DNA of 56,548 nt, filler included, from Sphacelaria rigidula (lineage: Eukaryota): assembly GCA_964200075.2 (NCBI GenBank). It is 5 parts of 5 records of this genome, joined end to end, with 100 filler letters (N's around TTAATTAATTAA, not from the genome) between each part and the next. Parts side by side here need not be neighbours in the genome. Positions count along the whole stretch, not along the records: positions 45,320 to 56,548 come from CAXNAA020005204.1; 4 more parts are not named here. One strand, given 5' to 3'. The notes under the pieces are model-generated. The model saw only the letters and a list, made by a program, of their open reading frames with translations, searched no databases and was not told the DNA's origin. Of the stretch, positions 53,876 through 56,548 are shown one piece after another (position 1 is the stretch's first letter; every line of letters begins with the position of its first letter). The position numbers and the translations under genes were made by a program.

Positions 53876-54511
53876 CATTGTGTCCATTGTCCAGAGTATG
53901 TAAGAGACCCAGAGAGCTTGGGTTCGTGACAAAGATTCACGTGCGGCAAAAGCGCCTGCCCATTTACTTCGAAGGGGTGCTTGTTGTGACTAGGCCCTGT
54001 TTTATCAAGTTGTTTTTATGTCGAAAACGTGTGGCGGAATCGAAGTCGCTCGTATCCGCACCCTGAACAATATAATGCAGTCAAAAAGTGTACTGTGTAC
54101 AGTATCGACTATTGCGCCTATTGCAACAGACAATAGATGCTATACTGGACGCGGTACATGTTTTTACAACATAATCCTTTGTCCAGAGTGTGCTCGTATA
54201 TGATAGATCTGCCTCACTTATGTTCTCAGATGGCTTGAGGTCCACTGTTCAATTATTCGCGCGCGACCGGCAAGGTGAAAAACAGAAAACCGAGGAAATT
54301 ACGATCGAAAACATGTGGCGAAGAAGAACGAAGGGGCACTTGACTCCTATCTTGCAGACTACCACGCTCGATACAACTCTTCTACAAAACAATGCAAGTT
54401 GGTCACACAACTTTCTCAACCAACGCAAGCCTGCAGCATAGATCACGAGTTGAGCACAGCGTAAATTAGCTGGAGTCATTGAGAACCGACAGTATCACCC
54501 TCTGACATAGT

Positions 54512-56418
54512 GTGCTCATTTTTTGCCGGCGAAAACTCGAGCATCTTCTTTCATTTTAAGGGTTGGCGACGGAATCGTGTGGTAGAGTGGGGAACCGAGT
54601 TGCGTACACGCTCATGGACAGTGCAAGCAGTGCAAAACTGCACGTTGTTCAAGTCTTTTTCACATCCTCCTGTATGCAGAGAGTAAGGATAGTCCTGTGT
54701 TGTCCGTACTTCACGTTGCCCCTTTCTTCACAGCCTACTGTGCGAAACACAGACACTGAACAAAATGTACAGACAAAACTATTCTGCCTGTACTGAATAC
54801 AAGTGAACAAGTACCGCTTCACGAGTTCATGCGTGTTTTCGATCGAAAGCGTGCAAATTCGCTCGGACCCAAATGTAAGTCAAACAAACGAATTCTATTC
54901 CGCCGCCCCGTCCGACACCAAAAAAACGTTGATAGGACACGGTCTCACTTGGTCCGCATTTCTGTGCCCACAACACCCAACAAAGACTCGACGATTTTTT
55001 TCTCTACAGAACTGACTAAAACAAACGCAGTTGAAACGGATAGAAGTGTCACCACCAGTCTACCCAGTTTCATGGCGTGTCTAATAGCGTTTCTTCGGGC
55101 GTGTCTCGGCACTTTTTTTTCGGTCGAAAAAATGGGGTGTGGGAATCGATTTGAGCCAAATTCGCTCACTTGTTCCGAGTTGGGTCCAAGCGATTTTCAA
55201 GCTTTCGATTGAAAAAAGACAGTGGAATTCGTGAAACGGCACATGGTCACTCGTGTACAGTACAGCCTGTACTGTCTACACTGCTTGCCAGCAGTGTCTT
55301 GAGTGCGTGTGTGCGTGTTTCGTACCGGAGGATATAAAAGAGAAGCGGGCAACATGCAGTGCAGACAGCCTAGGACTACGAGCTGGGCCAGCAGTATATC
55401 CCGCATTTACATCTCCAACCATGACTCGTCAAGTTAACCAAATCAGCTCGACATGAGCATATCGCTGTGAACTGCAGACCAACCTGGTAATGCAANNNNN
55501 NNNNNGCGATGCTGTTTTTGTACTGCATTGAGTACCGGGAACGTCTCGTGTCGTTGGGTGATAGTGTATCTGGAGACGTTTCGTTTCACGAAATGCGGTG
55601 GGATTGCGGTAGGACATTGCGCCGCACAGGCACGCGAAGACTCGATATGTGCAGGCAAAAGCACACTGGTACGAGTAGTGCTGCAACATGGCATCAAGGT
55701 CGTCAACAGCTCCATCATGGGAGAGAACCTCCCGGCCGATGGTCATTTACCACCGCAAGAGGGAGAAGTACTACCTCAAACTGCGCTATACACCCCCCAG
55801 ATGCAAGGCGCTATGCCGAATTGTACGCAAAACAAAATGGTCGTGTCGGTATTCGAACTCGTGACCTCTGTAGTAAGAGGCGGTTCTACCAGTTTGATCA
55901 CCGGGGTGCAGCCGTGCCACACGAAAAATTGGATGCTGCGCCAAATTTCTGGAATTTTTGGCCGAGATAGCACTAGAATCTCCTCCACACAAGGACGCAC
56001 AACTGTCCTGGGGATGCCTCCGTATTTTTTTTTTTTCACGGAGTCATAGCATTTTCCTAGTTTTGCAGAAACTTCAAATCGCTCTAATTTCCTGGGGTTT
56101 TTTTCTTGGCATGCCTAGGAATGTTGTGCGTAGCGACGATAAAAATGTTGTGTCAAAAATTCAGCGCCTGACTCTTCGAATTATCAACAGCATTGCCAGG
56201 ATACATTCAAAAATCACTGCCAGCTGGCCCAGCTCGTATTAGTTCTCTCTGCTGACAATGTGACGTGAAAACAGGACTTCAGCAACGTCCAGCTTTGTAG
56301 TGCCTGCACTGACTGTCCATGAGCGTGCACGCAACTCGGTTGCCCACCGTACCACGTAGTTCCGTCGCTGATCCCTACCATGCAAGAAAATACGCAAGTT
56401 TCTCCAACAAAAATGAAG
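54512..56418. mobile_element. Foldback-like element with long diverged inverted arms, interrupted by a nested MITE
   Basis: Left arm ~54512-54850 is reverse-complementary to 55195-55378 joined to 56237-56418. Confidence 0.7.
55379..56236. mobile_element. Nested Tc1/mariner-type MITE (CGAGCTGGGCCAG TIR) with TA duplication
   Basis: TA|CGAGCTGGGCCAGC ... GCTGGCCCAGCTCG|TA. The empty site, with a single TA, is seen in the paralogous repeat at 177-178. The element spans a 10-N gap (55496-55505). Confidence 0.85.
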
Positions 56419-56548
56419 AAGGCATACACAACTACTGCAGTGTATCTATCCCTGGGCTCAACTCGTGCTCTATGCTGCAGGGTTGCGGTGGTAGCTGAGA
56501 CTGACTTTGATGGAGTTTGCATGGTCCTGTGAACAGGTGTTATCTGGC

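Overview
This window is eukaryotic, repeat-rich DNA, most likely from a brown alga or related stramenopile. That assignment is inferred from short exons, long introns and TE families that resemble those I recall from Ectocarpus. It is not one locus. Five unrelated, size-sorted contigs (1-11230, 11331-22560, 22661-33890, 33991-45219, 45320-56548; 11230/11230/11230/11229/11229 bp) are joined by artificial 100-bp N44-TTAATTAATTAA-N44 linkers. Contig 1 holds TE relics, a Cys-rich ORF relic, a ~500-bp LTR and a long degenerate Ty3/gypsy gag. Contig 2 holds the 5' part of an intron-rich SAPS-domain (PP6/Sit4 regulatory subunit) gene on the minus strand, with intronic SINE, MITE and foldback insertions. 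Contig 3 holds two truncated Ty3/gypsy elements fused tail-to-tail, plus MITEs. Contig 4 holds TA-flanked MITEs, SINEs and a hAT transposase pseudogene. Contig 5 holds five exons of a Siw14/PFA-DSP phosphatase gene (minus strand), minisatellite blocks and a nested foldback/MITE. Most ORFs in the supplied track are spurious. I found no convincing new biological system. The best leads are the Cys-rich accessory ORF and non-canonical priming region of the gypsy element, and a MITE whose target-site duplication copies a putative GC splice donor.
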